From assembly GCF_006345805.1 (NCBI RefSeq), contig NC_043017.1, positions 8,680,001-8,744,000 on the forward strand: a DNA stretch of 64,000 nucleotides, in the 5' to 3' direction. The notes below the pieces were generated by a model. The model saw only the letters and a program-made list of their open reading frames with translations, was not told where the DNA came from and did not search any database. Each line of letters starts with the position of its first letter. Positions within the stretch are counted from its first letter, which is position 1. The position numbers were made by a program, and so were the translations under genes. The stretch comes from Octopus sinensis (Eukaryota). Shown in pieces: positions 39,339-53,378 of this stretch.

Positions 39339-39682
39339 ACTCTTAACAAAGTTAGGGAGAAATACGGGTACACTGCAAATAAGATGGTTGGATAACATCC
39401 ACGAGTACAATTAGTCTCGCTTGGGGATTCATCCAGATCGATTGGAGATGGGTGCTTCTGACAACCCGATGGAAGGTTTGCTTTGAAAGAGATTTGGCTG
39501 TTGTTTCTGATACTTTGAACGACCATATACAGAGAGGCTCATCCATTATTGGTTTATCAATGTTATCAGATGATTTACATCTGGATATTCGTGTGTGTGT
39601 GTATGATGTGATATGTGTGCGTGTGTTATATGTGTAACGTATGTGTGATGTTTGTGTTTATGATATGTGTGTATGAATGTTT

Positions 39683-40025
39683 GAAGGCGGCGAGCTGGCA
39701 GAAACGGTAGCACGCTGGGCGAGATGCTTAGTATTTCGTCTGCCATTACGTTCTGAGTTCAAATTCCGCCGAGGTCGACTTTGCCTTTCATCCTTTCGGG
39801 TTCGATTAAATGAGTACCAGTTACGCACTGGGTCGATATAATCGACTTAATCCGTTTGTCTGTCCTTGTTTGTCCTCTCTGTGGGTAGTCATAGAGTGAC
39901 CAATTGTTTTGCATCCTCGAAGGCTGTAGACGATTCACCAGACTTTAGTCCGAAGACAAAATTAACTCTTCACCTCTGCTTTCATGTTTCAAATCCAGTG
40001 TACTCTTGTGGGTAATAAAGAAATA
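39683..40025 (+). mobile_element. SINE with perfect 21-bp TSD carrying a 114-bp foreign insert
   Basis: TSD GATATGTGTGTATGAATGTTT at 39662-39682 and 40026-40046; insert at 39886-39999. Confidence 0.9.
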
Positions 40026-41814
40026 GATATGTGTGTATGAATGTTTTTCTTTGAGATTTGTTTCAGCTTTTCTTAATGGAAATCAAAACTGGACCAAGCG
40101 ACAAGACTTTTCAAGTTAAAAAGAGTTCCCTGGGTTTGTATGTGGTCGATTTGGTGTGTGCATGTACACATATAAATGTACGTGCCTACATTTATGTTCA
40201 GTGTGAACACGTCCCTCATGTACTTAGGTGTATGTGTCTATGTGTACAGTACTACTTTTTACATATATGCATTTGTAGACACACACAACCAAGTGTGTGC
40301 ATATATTCATTTAAAGCACCCCACTCCACACTGTAAAGCAGTTTGCATTAGGAAAGGCATCCAGTCATAAAAACCATGCCAAGACAGAATCCCCTCACAC
40401 TTTTGGAACATCTTCCCCTATCCCCTCTACAACTTATATTTCCCCACCCCCACTATTCCCTGTGAGTAGGCCTTCTACCTTTCACTATTTCCCATCCTAT
40501 TTAATTGTCTCCCACCTTCCTTTCTTCACTTGTCCTACTCGGGTAGCCAAGTATCTCCTCTACAATAAGACACCTATTTCTGTCCCTCTATCATACTCTG
40601 ACCTCTCGCCTGGCGCACAGTCACTTCTCTCAACTCCAACCCCTCTCTCAGCTGAAAGGTCTTTGTCTCGCAAACTACTAAGTGACCCCACTGGTGCTGA
40701 TACCACTTAAAAGCACCTGTGCCAGTATCACATACAAAGCCACCATGCTGGTGCCACATAAAACACACCTGTGCTAGTGCTACATAAAAAGCACACAGTA
40801 CACGCTGTAAACTGGTTGGCATTAGCAAAGGCATCCAGCCACAGAAACCTTGCCAAAACAGACAATTGGAGCCTGGTGCAGCTCTTGTCAAACTACCAAC
40901 CTCATGCTAGGATGGAAAATGGACATTAATTGATGATATTGACGATGAATTAATAAAAAATTTATTGATTTAAAAACAATAATTACTTCTTTCTTTTGTG
41001 TCATTACTGCTTTTTATTAAGAAATATTTAAAGAAATTTAATGAAAACACTTAATGAAATTGATAAAAAATAACAAAAATTCAATCACATTAAACTGCAA
41101 ACTTCTTATATCATTGACCCTCTTCACGGAATTGTTGATAACTTATTGACCCCCATCATGTAAATTTCTAAAATAAAATTAAAGAGTATAATTAATAGAA
41201 AATGTCTTGATTTCAAAACAAGAATTTCTTCATTCTTTTGTGTCATTATCGCTCTTTGATAGAAATATTTAAAGAAATTCAATGAAAACACTTAACGAAA
41301 TTGATAAAGAACAATACAAAATTCAGTCATATTATATTGATAAAGTCTGAATATTTAATGTGAAATATGTGTGTGATGAATACTAGTTATTACATTGATA
41401 TTTGACTGTAAATTAGAGTAAATTCAAAATTGTCAGACAACTAAAACCACTCTATTGTAAATAGACTATAAATACACACTAATATTGAGCGTCTCTATTA
41501 CAATGTCTTCATAAAAAGTGTACACTTCTTAATTAGTTTGCCAATCAGCCAGTTGGCATTGCATGTTTACTAGGTGCATGCCAATGGTGTGATATCTGCT
41601 AAGGAATTTTGAGTTTCCTAATTTTAATTCAGATAGATATTTTTAAATGGAATTTTGTTCATCATGAAAAAAAAATACAACAAGCACAAAAAAACCCCCA
41701 CAGTTCACTATTAATTCAGCACCCTTAATGCTCAAATTCATTTCAAATGTTTAGCAACCCCTTTGAAAGCCACATGGATGACCTCCAGGAATCATTGTTG
41801 ACTACTTTACCAAT

Positions 41815-41990
41815 CCCCTGGATTAGAAGTGTTGGACAAAATGTCTTAGTGGAAGCAAGGCCTGGAATTAAAGGGCTCAGAGTTAATTTAGCAAAATCCC
41901 AAGTCTTAGTAGGAAAGCTGACAAATCACAAATCCCTTCAGGTAGATGGCCTAACCCTAACCCTGCTTGATATGTAGAAAAGGCTGCTAG
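41815..41990 (+). mobile_element. RTE-type reverse transcriptase fragment
   Basis: KGLRVNLAKSQVLV resembles the RTE RT motif xGLxVNxxKTKV; degraded. Confidence 0.5.
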
Positions 41991-43398
41991 CTGACTAAAA
42001 GACCTGTGAGTGGACTTCATACACAGAAACTAAGAGAGCCCTTTGTATGTGCATATGTGTGTGTGTATGTAATTATGTGTCATCATCACCATACAAGTGA
42101 TGTTTGCTTCTGGTCTTCCATGAAAACATGTCTGGCAATAGGGAAAATATTGCTTTGTTTGGAAACTGGTGAGGGTTGGTGACAGGAAGGACATTCAGTT
42201 GTAGAAAATTTGCCTCAACAAATTTCATCTGATCCATGTAAGCATGGAAAATTGGACATGAAATAATGATGATGATGATGAGATTAAATATACATACATA
42301 TTCTTTTATTTGATTCAGTCATTTGGCTGTGGCCATGTTGGAGCACCGCCTTTAGTCGAGCAAATCGACCCCAGGACTTATTCTTTGTAAGCCTAGTACT
42401 TATTCTATCAGTCTCACTTGCCAAGCCAGCATCGGTTGTCAAGCGATGTTTCCATCTACCAAATCCACTCACAAGGTTTTTGGGTTTTTGTTTGGCCCGA
42501 GGCTATAGTAGAAGAGTGTGATATTGAAGGACAGGAACAGGTGTATTGCTGAGGGGTTAAAAACAAATATCAGGATTGGTTTATATATTATTCGTATTTT
42601 CTACTATACTGACATGAAAGTGCATTGTCGACCAATCAACCGACATCAAATCAAAAACACAAAAACAAACAGGTTAGGTGAAACAATTTGTTTTATTTTT
42701 TAAATTTTATTTCGACTTAAATGCTTCACTTAGAAATTATATACATACATGTATATATTTATGTATGTATATAGCGAGACAATGATATAAATTTGTATGA
42801 AACAATATTTTGTAGAGACTTATGTATTTACAACAACGGATTTGAAAGGACAATGTCCATATGTGATGATGACGATGCTAGTGATGATGATAAATGGTTG
42901 GAACAGAATATAGTGTATATTCAACATGGAGAGGTATATGTACATATATATATATATATATATGTATTATATACAACCTGGTTTGTCACATTTTGAAGTG
43001 TTATTGTATGTGTGTATGTATGTATGTATATTTATATATATATATATATACACACACACATACATACATACATATATATTCCACATTGTGAAAGTGGTTT
43101 GATGATGATAAAATGGTCATTCAGCCATAAAAATGTAAAGAACAAAAAAAAAAAAGAAAAGAAAAATGAAATATACAACAAACCAGATGACGAAGAACCA
43201 AGGTGCTGTGAAACTCATCTAAACCATTTAAACACGAGGGAAAAAGTATAAAAAAAAAACCTACCCTAAAACCCAGAAATTACATGGCACTATATACATA
43301 TGTATAAATTGTAGGTATATATATATATATATATATATATGAATAAATTGTAAGCATGTGTGTGTGCGTATATATATATACACACAGTGTGTATATTA

Positions 43399-44003
43399 TG
43401 AGGGAGTACCCATAATAAACCAAAATTTTGCAATGTTTTATTCACTTAAGTTTTACATGTTTGCACTTTTATCGCCTTCAAAGTATTCTCCCTTTGAAGC
43501 AATGCTTTTTAACGCCTCCATCGTTTTGATTTTCATCTCTACCACAGAGAGCAAGATTTGGTGGATATGCAGGGTCATGCCATTTTTGGCCCAAAACTAT
43601 CTCACACTCGAGGCGGTGTGCACGGGTGCATTGTTGTGATGAAACCACCACCCTCCACTTTCCTACAGATCCGGGCGTTTTCATCTCACCTCATTTCGCA
43701 AACACTTCAGAACTGCCAAGTAAACTGTCTGGTTAATAGTTTGACCTGGAGGAACAAATCAGCATCATCTTGTCATTTGAGATTCCTTACTCAAAATTCT
43801 TTGGCAGGAGCTCCAGGACACACCAGTCATATTAACAAGTTTGTCAGTTGTTCAATGATGGTCCTCCTAGATCAGTTCATGAATTTTTTTGATGTCTGCA
43901 TTCGTTCAGGAGGTCAACAGACACCCTGACCTCTGGCAGCAGAAGCCTGAATTACAATGAACTTGTCCCACAGAGAATGTTTCCAGTTACTTTTGGGTAC
44001 TCC

Positions 44004-44007
<4 letters not shown>
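43399..44007 (-). mobile_element. Internally deleted mariner derivative (609 bp)
   Basis: TA-flanked TIRs TGAGGGAGTACCCA. Minus-strand remnant KRPDL*ESGGWWFHHNNAPVHTASSVR*FWAKNGMT followed by a PAYPPNLA remnant (HDNAPxH / PYSPDLA-like). Confidence 0.8.
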
Positions 44008-44054
<47 letters not shown>

Positions 44055-44550
44055 TGTTGTCAGAATTTTTGTCCATCACCATAAACCAAGTCTTTGAATT
44101 TGGTTGCGCCTTAATCCTAGAAACTACCTGCTGCTGATATGCCCTCTACCAACAGTCATTTTTTGATTGCAAACAGGTCTTGTAAAATAAGAACAAGGCT
44201 CAGCCTTCCCTCATGAGACCAGAACATGAAGATATTTCAACAGTGAGATATCAAACTCCCACTAGACACTTGTATATATTTTATATATACATATATCTTT
44301 TTTTAGTTGTTTCACTCATTATATATAATATGGTGGTGCTCCAGCATGACTGAAACAAATATATATATGATAGACTTCTGAACAGTCACCTGTATGCCAA
44401 GTCCCACTTAATCTAAGGCTGCAATACAAGACATTGGCCTGTGGTGGCAAGCAATGACATCTGACACTGAGCCATGCGGTTCTAAAGGAAATTTAATAAC
44501 CACACAGCCATGCTTGTCTCTTTATGTATATAGTATATATGATGTGCATG

Positions 44551-44582
<32 letters not shown>

Positions 44583-47500
44583 CACACACATACATAAATA
44601 CACAAATATACATATATATACATTTATGCACACAAATATACATATATGTACACACACACACACACACACATATATATACACATAAATACACAAATATATA
44701 TGTGTGTGTACGCGTGTATAAAATTATATGTATGAATTTATTTGTTGGGTTTGAAGGAAGTGTTAAGAATAGAATAAAATAAAACAATGTTTTGAAAATA
44801 TGTTCTTGAGAATCCCAGATGAATTTAAACAAAGGAGACAGAGCTGATCGTAATGAGACAGGAAGAAAAGGGGTGGGTGGTGGTGTTGGGATCGCCACTG
44901 CCCATCAGGCCTCCCAAAAATGATAATGACAAAAAGATTTCTTAGGTGCAACATGTTGCGAGAAATGTATGATCCATTCAATAATCCCTAGCATATGACT
45001 GGTACTGGCTTCTTTTATGAACCCTGGTCTCCAAACCCAGAAAATGTAAAAGGACAATTATGGTAATGATTATGTAAGGAACCGAATTTAATTGAATGAA
45101 TCACAGATGCACATATGTACCCCCTATTATTGAGGAGATGAATAGGCACAGTGGAATCCCAGGTGTATTTGAACTCAGAATGTAAAGGATTAAAATAAAA
45201 TGATGGCATGTTGAGTCCAATGTTTCTGCCATAACACAGTGATAAAAGAATGATGATGATGAAGATGAGCATGATAATAATGAAGAAGTTAACGATGATG
45301 AAGTCATGATGAGGATGATGACAACAATTAAGTTGATGATGATGGTGGTGATAAGGATAATTATTTCTAACTTTAGTTCATGCTCACAAATTTCAGAAGG
45401 GGATGGGATATTAAATGATTTGACTGACCTCAGTATATTACTGGTACATATTTTATATACTTAGGAAGGGTTAATAAGGCACAACTTTGGTATGATTTAA
45501 ACTCATGACTTCAAGGTATGATAAGGAACACCACAAGGCACATATGCCTGCCACTCCTCCACTAAGTGGATGATGTGTGTAGGGGGTATGTTGATATCAG
45601 CCCCAGTAACTGATTTATTTAATGAACTATTTACCCTCCCCATCTTAAATTTCACCCCAGAATGAAACTTCAGATGAAAATATTTTTTAAACAAACCAAG
45701 GAAAGATTTCAACTCAGAACAGACTACAGAAGATCATTCTAAGCAAAATGTCTGCTGCAACTCAGTTTAGTCCAAGTGTTTCATTACTGGTTTCTTACTA
45801 TCCCCAATATCTAGACTTTATTAATGCCCTTCGTATAAATGGTTTTTGCCTTCAACTTTCAGTGAGGAAGTTGTCCATTAAAAAAAAAAAAAAATGAAAA
45901 AGGAGTTCTGAAGAAAAAAGAAAATATGAAGATTCTGGATTGTTCTGGTTTGTTGTTCACAATGGAGGGGTGATGGAGAATAATGATGATGATAACAACA
46001 ACAATAATAATAATAATGGTTTTTAATTTAGGCATAAGTCTAACAATTTTAAAGGAAAGGAGTTAGTTGATAGCATCAACCCCAGTATTGGACTTATACT
46101 TCATTTTATTGACCCTGAAAGAATGAAAGGCAAAGTTGGTCAAGGCAGGATTTGAACACAAACTGTGAAAATGAGTAATTTCTGCCAAAGTAAACTTAGC
46201 TTGTCATCTCTTCAGGATTGATAAGATAAAGTACCTACCATGTACTGGAGCTAACCCCACTCCTCTTAGAATTGCTTATCATATGCCTAAATTAGAAAAT
46301 AATAATTCTTTCTACCATAGGTACAATTTTTTTTTTGGGGGGGGGGGCTAGTCAAATACATCAACCCCCGGGCTTGGTAATTATTTTATCAACTCTGAAA
46401 GGATGAAAGGCAAGGATGATCTTTGAGATTTGAACTCTGATCACGAAAATGAGCTCCAATTCCTGCTGTGGTTAACACTATCTTTCATCTCTCCGGGGTC
46501 AATTAAAATAAAGTACCAGACAAGTCCCAGAGTGGACACTTTAGTCTAATCCCCACCTCCTTCCCTTAAAATTGCTGGTCTTGTATCTAAGTTAGAAATA
46601 ATAATAATAATAATAATAAAAATAATGATTAATGGAGATGGAATTCTGTTTACTGCAGAAATGAAATAGTAAGTTATGTTACATATTCTGATAGCAAAAT
46701 ATCTTGGGGTTTGGGGGTGATTTTTGGGAGGAAATATAATTGACATTTTTTTTTCTAGCTTTCTTTATGAATGAATTTTGGAAGGAATGAAAGATTTCTT
46801 GAAATATATCTGATTCATTTTTTTTTTTTTTTTTTTTGGTGTGTGTATGTGTTTGCTTTAATATATATATACTTTTTCATGAATGTATGTGGTTTTGGTC
46901 TTTATTTATATTTATGTATTGCTGTTTTTCTCTTTTTTTTTTTTACTTATTACATATTTATATATAATATAAAGATTAGAAAATAAAAATAAAAAATTTC
47001 ACACATATATATAAAAAAACATGGGAAAGAATTAAAAAAATATCTTTGTTTCCAAAAAAAAAAATTGTATATTTTTTTCTTTTTTCATTTTTCAATGTTT
47101 TTATTGTCCTTTGTTCTCTTTTTTTTCCGATAACAAAAAAAAAATCATTCTTTTATTTAGACATCACCCATCGATTTGGGATTTCATTGGCAAACATGAT
47201 GCTGACCATCAAAATAAAGGGGAAAGGTATTGTTTTTTCTGAAGGGTTTAGAGTTCCTTTGGAAATTTTTTTTTCCTTGTGCGTTATCCCTAAACATATA
47301 TGCACATACATATATACATATGTGTGTATGTAACAAACAACAACAACAACACTGCTGCCGTTACAAACTAATTTCTTGTTCATGAGGTTTGACCATACTT
47401 GTAACATGTCCAGAAAATGTTGTCCGCTGTGCTCAAAAATATTGTTCAGCAAGGCATGAAAGATCCAGCCTCTCCTCTTCACCCTCTCATTTACTGTTGT

Positions 47501-48757
47501 TTCATTGAGTTGATTTTTGTTTGTTTTTTCCTTAATGATTAATGAATAAGAAGACTTGTGTTTTTTCTTTTTTTAATGACCAATAAAAAATAATAATGGC
47601 TTTAAATTTTGGCACATGGCCTGAAATTTTAGGGGGAGGGGATAAATTGATTACATTGACCCCCAGTACTTGACTGGTACTTTATTTTATCAACCCAGGA
47701 TTTGAACTCAGAACATAAATAATCAGAAGAAATGCAGCTAAGCGTTTCATCCAATGTGCTTACGAGTCTGCCAGCTCACCACCTTAAAAATTGATAAAAA
47801 TCAATAATAATGATAAACCCTTAAATTCGGCATGTACAGATTTTTGAGTGACAATATTGACTTTAAAATGTACAGCTTTCAAGCAGATTGAGAAAGGAAC
47901 AATTAGGACTCCTCCCAACCCAAAAACTGACCCTTGGGATATAACCTGTACAATACTAATCTGTCTGAGACTCTTCCCTGCTTCTACAATACAAACTTGT
48001 TTTAAAATGATCTAAATTAAAACCTTCCATCAAAATTCCATTTTATTTATTTTCCAAACACTAGCTTAATTAATGACTGTATTATTATTTTTTTTTTTTT
48101 TTTTCGTTTTACAAAACTCTTCATTATTTACAAAATTAATTGAAAGAGAAGAAATATGGTAACAAAATGGTTAAGAACATCAGACAACGAAACAACAATG
48201 TAGGATCTATGCAGTTTCAGAAATAACAGTCAAACTTTCTTCAAATCACACACACCACAATCTTAAGAACATAACATGGCATATTAGATAATGTGGTTCT
48301 AGATGTATGCCAGGTCTGCCAAAAAATACAAATAAAAGAGGGGTGGTAATAGTCACAGCTGGAATGCTTTTGATAAGTGTCTTCTCAATCAGAGCCTGAC
48401 CTGGGGCTAAATAGCATTAAATTAGTTTTAAGAGGGTACTTTAAGATATTTTTGCAGGTGGTGTATCAGAGTTTGTTTAAAATTTTTTTGAGATATGTCT
48501 TGTGTTTTGATTTTTTTTGTGTGTGTGTGTGTCAGTTTAAATGATCTGATTTTAAAATCTGGTTCTAAAACCGAAAAGTCCAAATGATGGAGTCTGATGC
48601 GTAAAGACAATTGAAATGGTTCTGTATTAAGGCATTTAGCATCAGTCCCTGAACATCAATGACTGCCTTTTAAGGTTAAGTCTCAGAAATACATCGATAA
48701 TGTTCTGTTACACTTACAGCTGTGCAGTACAGCTCCCCAAATATTCCTTTATCATTG

Positions 48758-49041
48758 CCATATAAGACAAGGCACTGACTCGGTCTCTGATTGCTGTCAT
48801 ATAATGCAAGGCACTGCATATTCCACCATATAAGGCAAGTCTTTCAGTGTTCTATTAATTACTTCCATTTAAGGCAAGTTTTTGAGTGTTCTATCATTTA
48901 CTTCCATATAAGGCATGTCAATGTGCTATTAATTGCTGTCATATAAGGCAAGTCAGTGTTCCAGTTATTTCCATAATGCTCCTAATCGTCTCCACATAAG
49001 GCAAGTCACTGATTTGTTCTACCAATTATTTCTATAAAAGG
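48758..49041. repeat. Degenerate ~39-bp minisatellite with CCATATAAGGCAAG core (CArG-like)
   Basis: Cores at 48758, 48797, 48826, 48865, 48904, 48939, 48992 and 49032. Confidence 0.85.
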
Positions 49042-50521
49042 CAACTCTGAATGTTCTGCTTTGTAAGCACAAATAAGGCTAGTTTCTTGGTGTAGTGGGG
49101 TGAAAAAATGTGATAAAAATTTGATAAGATTTTCATGAAATTTAGCTGAAGTTCTAAGCTAAAATTAAAAAAGTGAATTTGGTATTTTTAAAAAGAAGTT
49201 GAACTTTAGAAAGCCTACACTGACACCACTACCACTATACTCACTGCCACCACCACCTCTAATTAAGATTTGAGCGACTAACACTGTGTGAATAATAAAA
49301 ATCATACTTTTAATTTATGAAAAAAAATTTAGGTTCAATGTTATTTTTTTTAATTAAAAAATATTTTTTTTGTTTAATAATTCAATGGGTCCAATTAATT
49401 AACTAATGAACATTGTTCGTTAATTAACTAGATCAAGTGTTTAAAAAAAATAATTTTAAAAATATTAATTAAAATAAAGGAAGATAATAAATATTCAAAG
49501 ACACTGTTGAATAATATTCCAAAGAAACTAGTCATATTCCTGTCAAACAATTCCCTGCCCACCACCATTGAATATTTAATAAACAACCATTTTTAAAAAA
49601 TAAAAAAAAAAAAGTAAACGACTGTCCACTCTACCACTCCCCAAAACAAAGCCAATGCAAGTCTGACCATCCCACTCTCTTTCATGGTCCATAACCTGCT
49701 AGAAATAGCAGCCTAATATTTTTTTTTTAATCAAAACACTATACTGAAGTCTTTAAAACAGAAAAATTAAACTTTATTCAGATAATGTGGCTCTCGATAC
49801 ACTTTGTCTAAATATCTAAGTTGGGATAATCATGGCTGGAATATCTTTGATCATCGGTCTGTTGAACCAGGACTGACCAGAAGAAGCTACACGACAACAA
49901 CCAGATAAACTATATACATTATGTACAAGACTAAATGGAACAATGCAATAGATATGTGGTCCTAAATACATTGTAACTGAAAAAAAATTAAATCACACAG
50001 TTTGATTGTAGGTCTTAGAATAACAAGAAAATTCTTCAGTCTTAAGAAGCAAGGTTTCAATCTCTTCTTTCTCCTGTGATGGTGGTGCGGTTTATCTAGA
50101 GTCAGCGCTAAGACAGAGATGTATAGTAGATGATGCGGTTACCCAAATTCTATTTTTAATTAATTAAAATTCCATGGTTATTTCCCATGTCTTTCTTGAT
50201 TAGAATGTTCATTAAGCTAATGATCCTTTCCCCTCATTAAAAATGTGGTTTTAAATTTCTTGGCACACAACATTAAGCATGTTAGCACTGGCCTTAACTT
50301 TTAGTTTTCTTGCAGAGTGTGCCCCTAAGAATTTTTCCTCACTTAGTCCTTCTTTGCTACTCTGTAATCTAGCTTGTTTTCAAGGAGAGAACTATCTCTG
50401 TCTGAGGATCTAATGGTAGCAGTAGGAGTAGAGTGAAATTAAGGAGAAGACAATATAGTAAAAAGGGGGTATGGTGAACTGACAAGAATATATAAATGAA
50501 TTAACATTGTGTGTGTGTATA

Positions 50522-51746
50522 CAGGGTGCGGACAGTATTTGCGGACACGTGCATTTTTAGTAATTTTATTTGACTAACTTTTATTGAACTTGTATTTCAG
50601 AAAATAACAATAACAGGCCCTATGCTTCCTAATGAAATGAAGAGGCTTGCTGTGATTGTGGCTTTGAAGGCTAAGCATAGTGATTTAGAAATTTCTGCAA
50701 GATCTTTTGTCCACAAGATCCAGTGTGAGTTAGGGAAAGAAGATGGCAGCATATTACCTGTATCAAAATATACAAAACATTCCAAACACTGATTCTACCA
50801 GGACACCTGAATTTATTCAGGAAGTTTAGCAAAACATTGAGGACATTCCAAGAAAACCAATGAGGTCAATTGTAAAAACATTTCATGTGTCAGAAAAAAC
50901 AATCAGAAATGTTGTGCATGAAGACATCAGATACAAATCTTACGTGATGAGGAGAGATAAATTCATATCAGAAAAACAAAAGGAAACCATTTCATCAGAT
51001 CCAAAAGACTTTTGAACAAACTTAAAAATCCATCAGAAGATGGTGTGATTTGGTTTTTCTCAAATGAGAAAAACTATGACCAAGACCAGAAAACTAACAG
51101 ATGAAATGACAGATGGCTATGTGCAAACCCTTCTGAAGTTCCAAAGTAATGCACACAAAATTTCCTGCAAATGTCATGGTGTTGGGAGTTGTTAGCAATG
51201 AAGGACATGTGATCCCACCTCACTTTTTACCGCGAGGCCTTAGAATGAATACTGCTGCATATATTGAGGTTCTGGATAAAGTTGTTAAGCCTTGGATCAA
51301 CAGTGTATATTTTTCAACAAGATTCTGCACCATCACACAAGGCTCAAATGACACAAGAAAGGATGGCTGACAATTTGCACGATCACATGACCCCCAACAT
51401 TTGGCCCCCTAATTCTCCAGATCTCAATTCACTGGACTACTATGTATGAAGCATCATCGAGAAAAATATCAATGAACACCTCCATAGCACTAAAGATTCT
51501 TTGAAAGCTGCCATAGTTCAAGTCGTGTCTGATATGAACAAGGACCACTTAATCCGAGTTTGTTAACGATTTTGACCATGTGCAGAGGTAGTTATTGATG
51601 CTTATGATGGTTCTATTGGATGAAATTATTAAATTGATTATTTAGCTTTATGTTTATGTTATTTTTTTAAAATAGTTTTTTCTGTTATTATATAAGCATT
51701 TTTCTTTTAAATCATAAATCTGTCTTCAAATACCGTCTGCATTCTG
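50522..51746 (+). mobile_element. maT-family (DD37D) Tc1/mariner transposon, inactive
   Basis: TA-flanked imperfect TIRs CAGGGTGCGGACAGTATTTG / CAGAATGCAGACGGTATTTG. Motifs WFFSNEK (first D changed to N), VMVLGVVSNEG, FQQDSAPSH, WPPNSPDLNSLDY, with 37 residues between the 2nd and 3rd Asp. Multiple stops and frameshifts. Confidence 0.92.
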
Positions 51747-52911
51747 TATATATATATATAATATAATGATGATATATATATACATATGTTATACCTTCAA
51801 CAGAAGTAAAGATGATCTAAGAAGCTAAGCAATCCAAATAAAGCCAACAGTATTCGAAAAGTCCTCTGCCCTAATCACACAAAGAGGAGATGTGGACATT
51901 GCAAGCCACAGTACAGTCAACTTAACTTGGATAGAAATACTTCTTTATGAAAATCTGGGAGAGGTTAGTGGAGGTAGGAGGCTCTTTAGCCCAGGCAAAC
52001 ACTATAGCACCAGCTGCTGTATTAAAATGGTTCTAGTTCATGCTGCAAACACCATGCGAAAAGTTTTTGGAAAACCTTAATGTGTGTACATACACACTAT
52101 ATATATATATATATATTATTAACATATAAAAACACCTTTGCACAAATGCTTGAAGATTCTGTACATTAAGAAAGGTCATTGTACACTCATATGAATGATC
52201 CATGAAGGTACAGAGAAACCTTGAGACAGCTACTGCTCTATTGTCTTTGGGACCCATTTCAACCAGTATTTAAACAAAACACACACAAGACTTATATTCA
52301 TCAAGATGACCGAATCAAAGGAACACTGTCAGGCCACTTAGAATAAAGTACTCAAAGCAAAATTTTCAATCCTTAATTACGAGTTCAACAAAGCCCTTTA
52401 GCATCCTTTTCAAAGTACTCAAGCTAAACTATATATTCTGTTGAACTTAAAGTCAAGGATTAAAAATGTGTTTGTGTGTGAATGTATTTTGTTCGTATAT
52501 GTATGTGTGCATGCATATGTATATATATATATATACATAAATGAATGCATGTGTGTGTGTGTGTATAATTTCTTTTCTCTCCTCACAATCCACTGATGAA
52601 TACAGTCAATCCTACAAAGCTTTTGCACAGTTGACTGTGCAAAACTTTTGAGTCCGGATATTATAATCCTGTTCACTTTACATATGACAAATATATATTA
52701 CACTAGTGATGTGTGTGTATTATGTGTGTTTGATAAAACACAAGAAGTATAACTCAATACATGTGTGTATATAATTTTAAGTGATTCAAGGGATGCACGT
52801 TTCGTGTATATGTATATATTTGTATATATATATATATATACACACACACATATATAAACATATATATACACATATACATAAATATACAAACATATACATA
52901 CACAAACGCAT

Positions 52912-52968
<57 letters not shown>

Positions 52969-53378
52969 TGTATATGTATATATGTATATGCACACAAATA
53001 GCGTTTCCACCAAGAGTGGATGTTTTCTTAAAAACAATGAGAATGAATGGTAGACTGTATGTATATTCGAGTTTGGAGAGGAAGCTTGTAACCCACCCAC
53101 ACAAACATGATTTCATATTAAAGTATCTTGTAGTTGTTGCTGCTGATGATGATCATACAGTTACGGTAATGTTTCTTCTACATAAAGGCAAGTGTGAAGT
53201 CAACATCTGTTTTAGTAGTAGTAGTTTTGTTGTCATAATAGTAGTAGTAGTAATAATAATAACAACAGTTTAGAATATTACTACACCTGCTCACACTCTT
53301 ATAGTAGAAGTAGTAGTAATAGCAGTAGTAGTAGTAGAATTGTAGCAACTGCTTGTTACTGCTCCCCACTAATATTGT

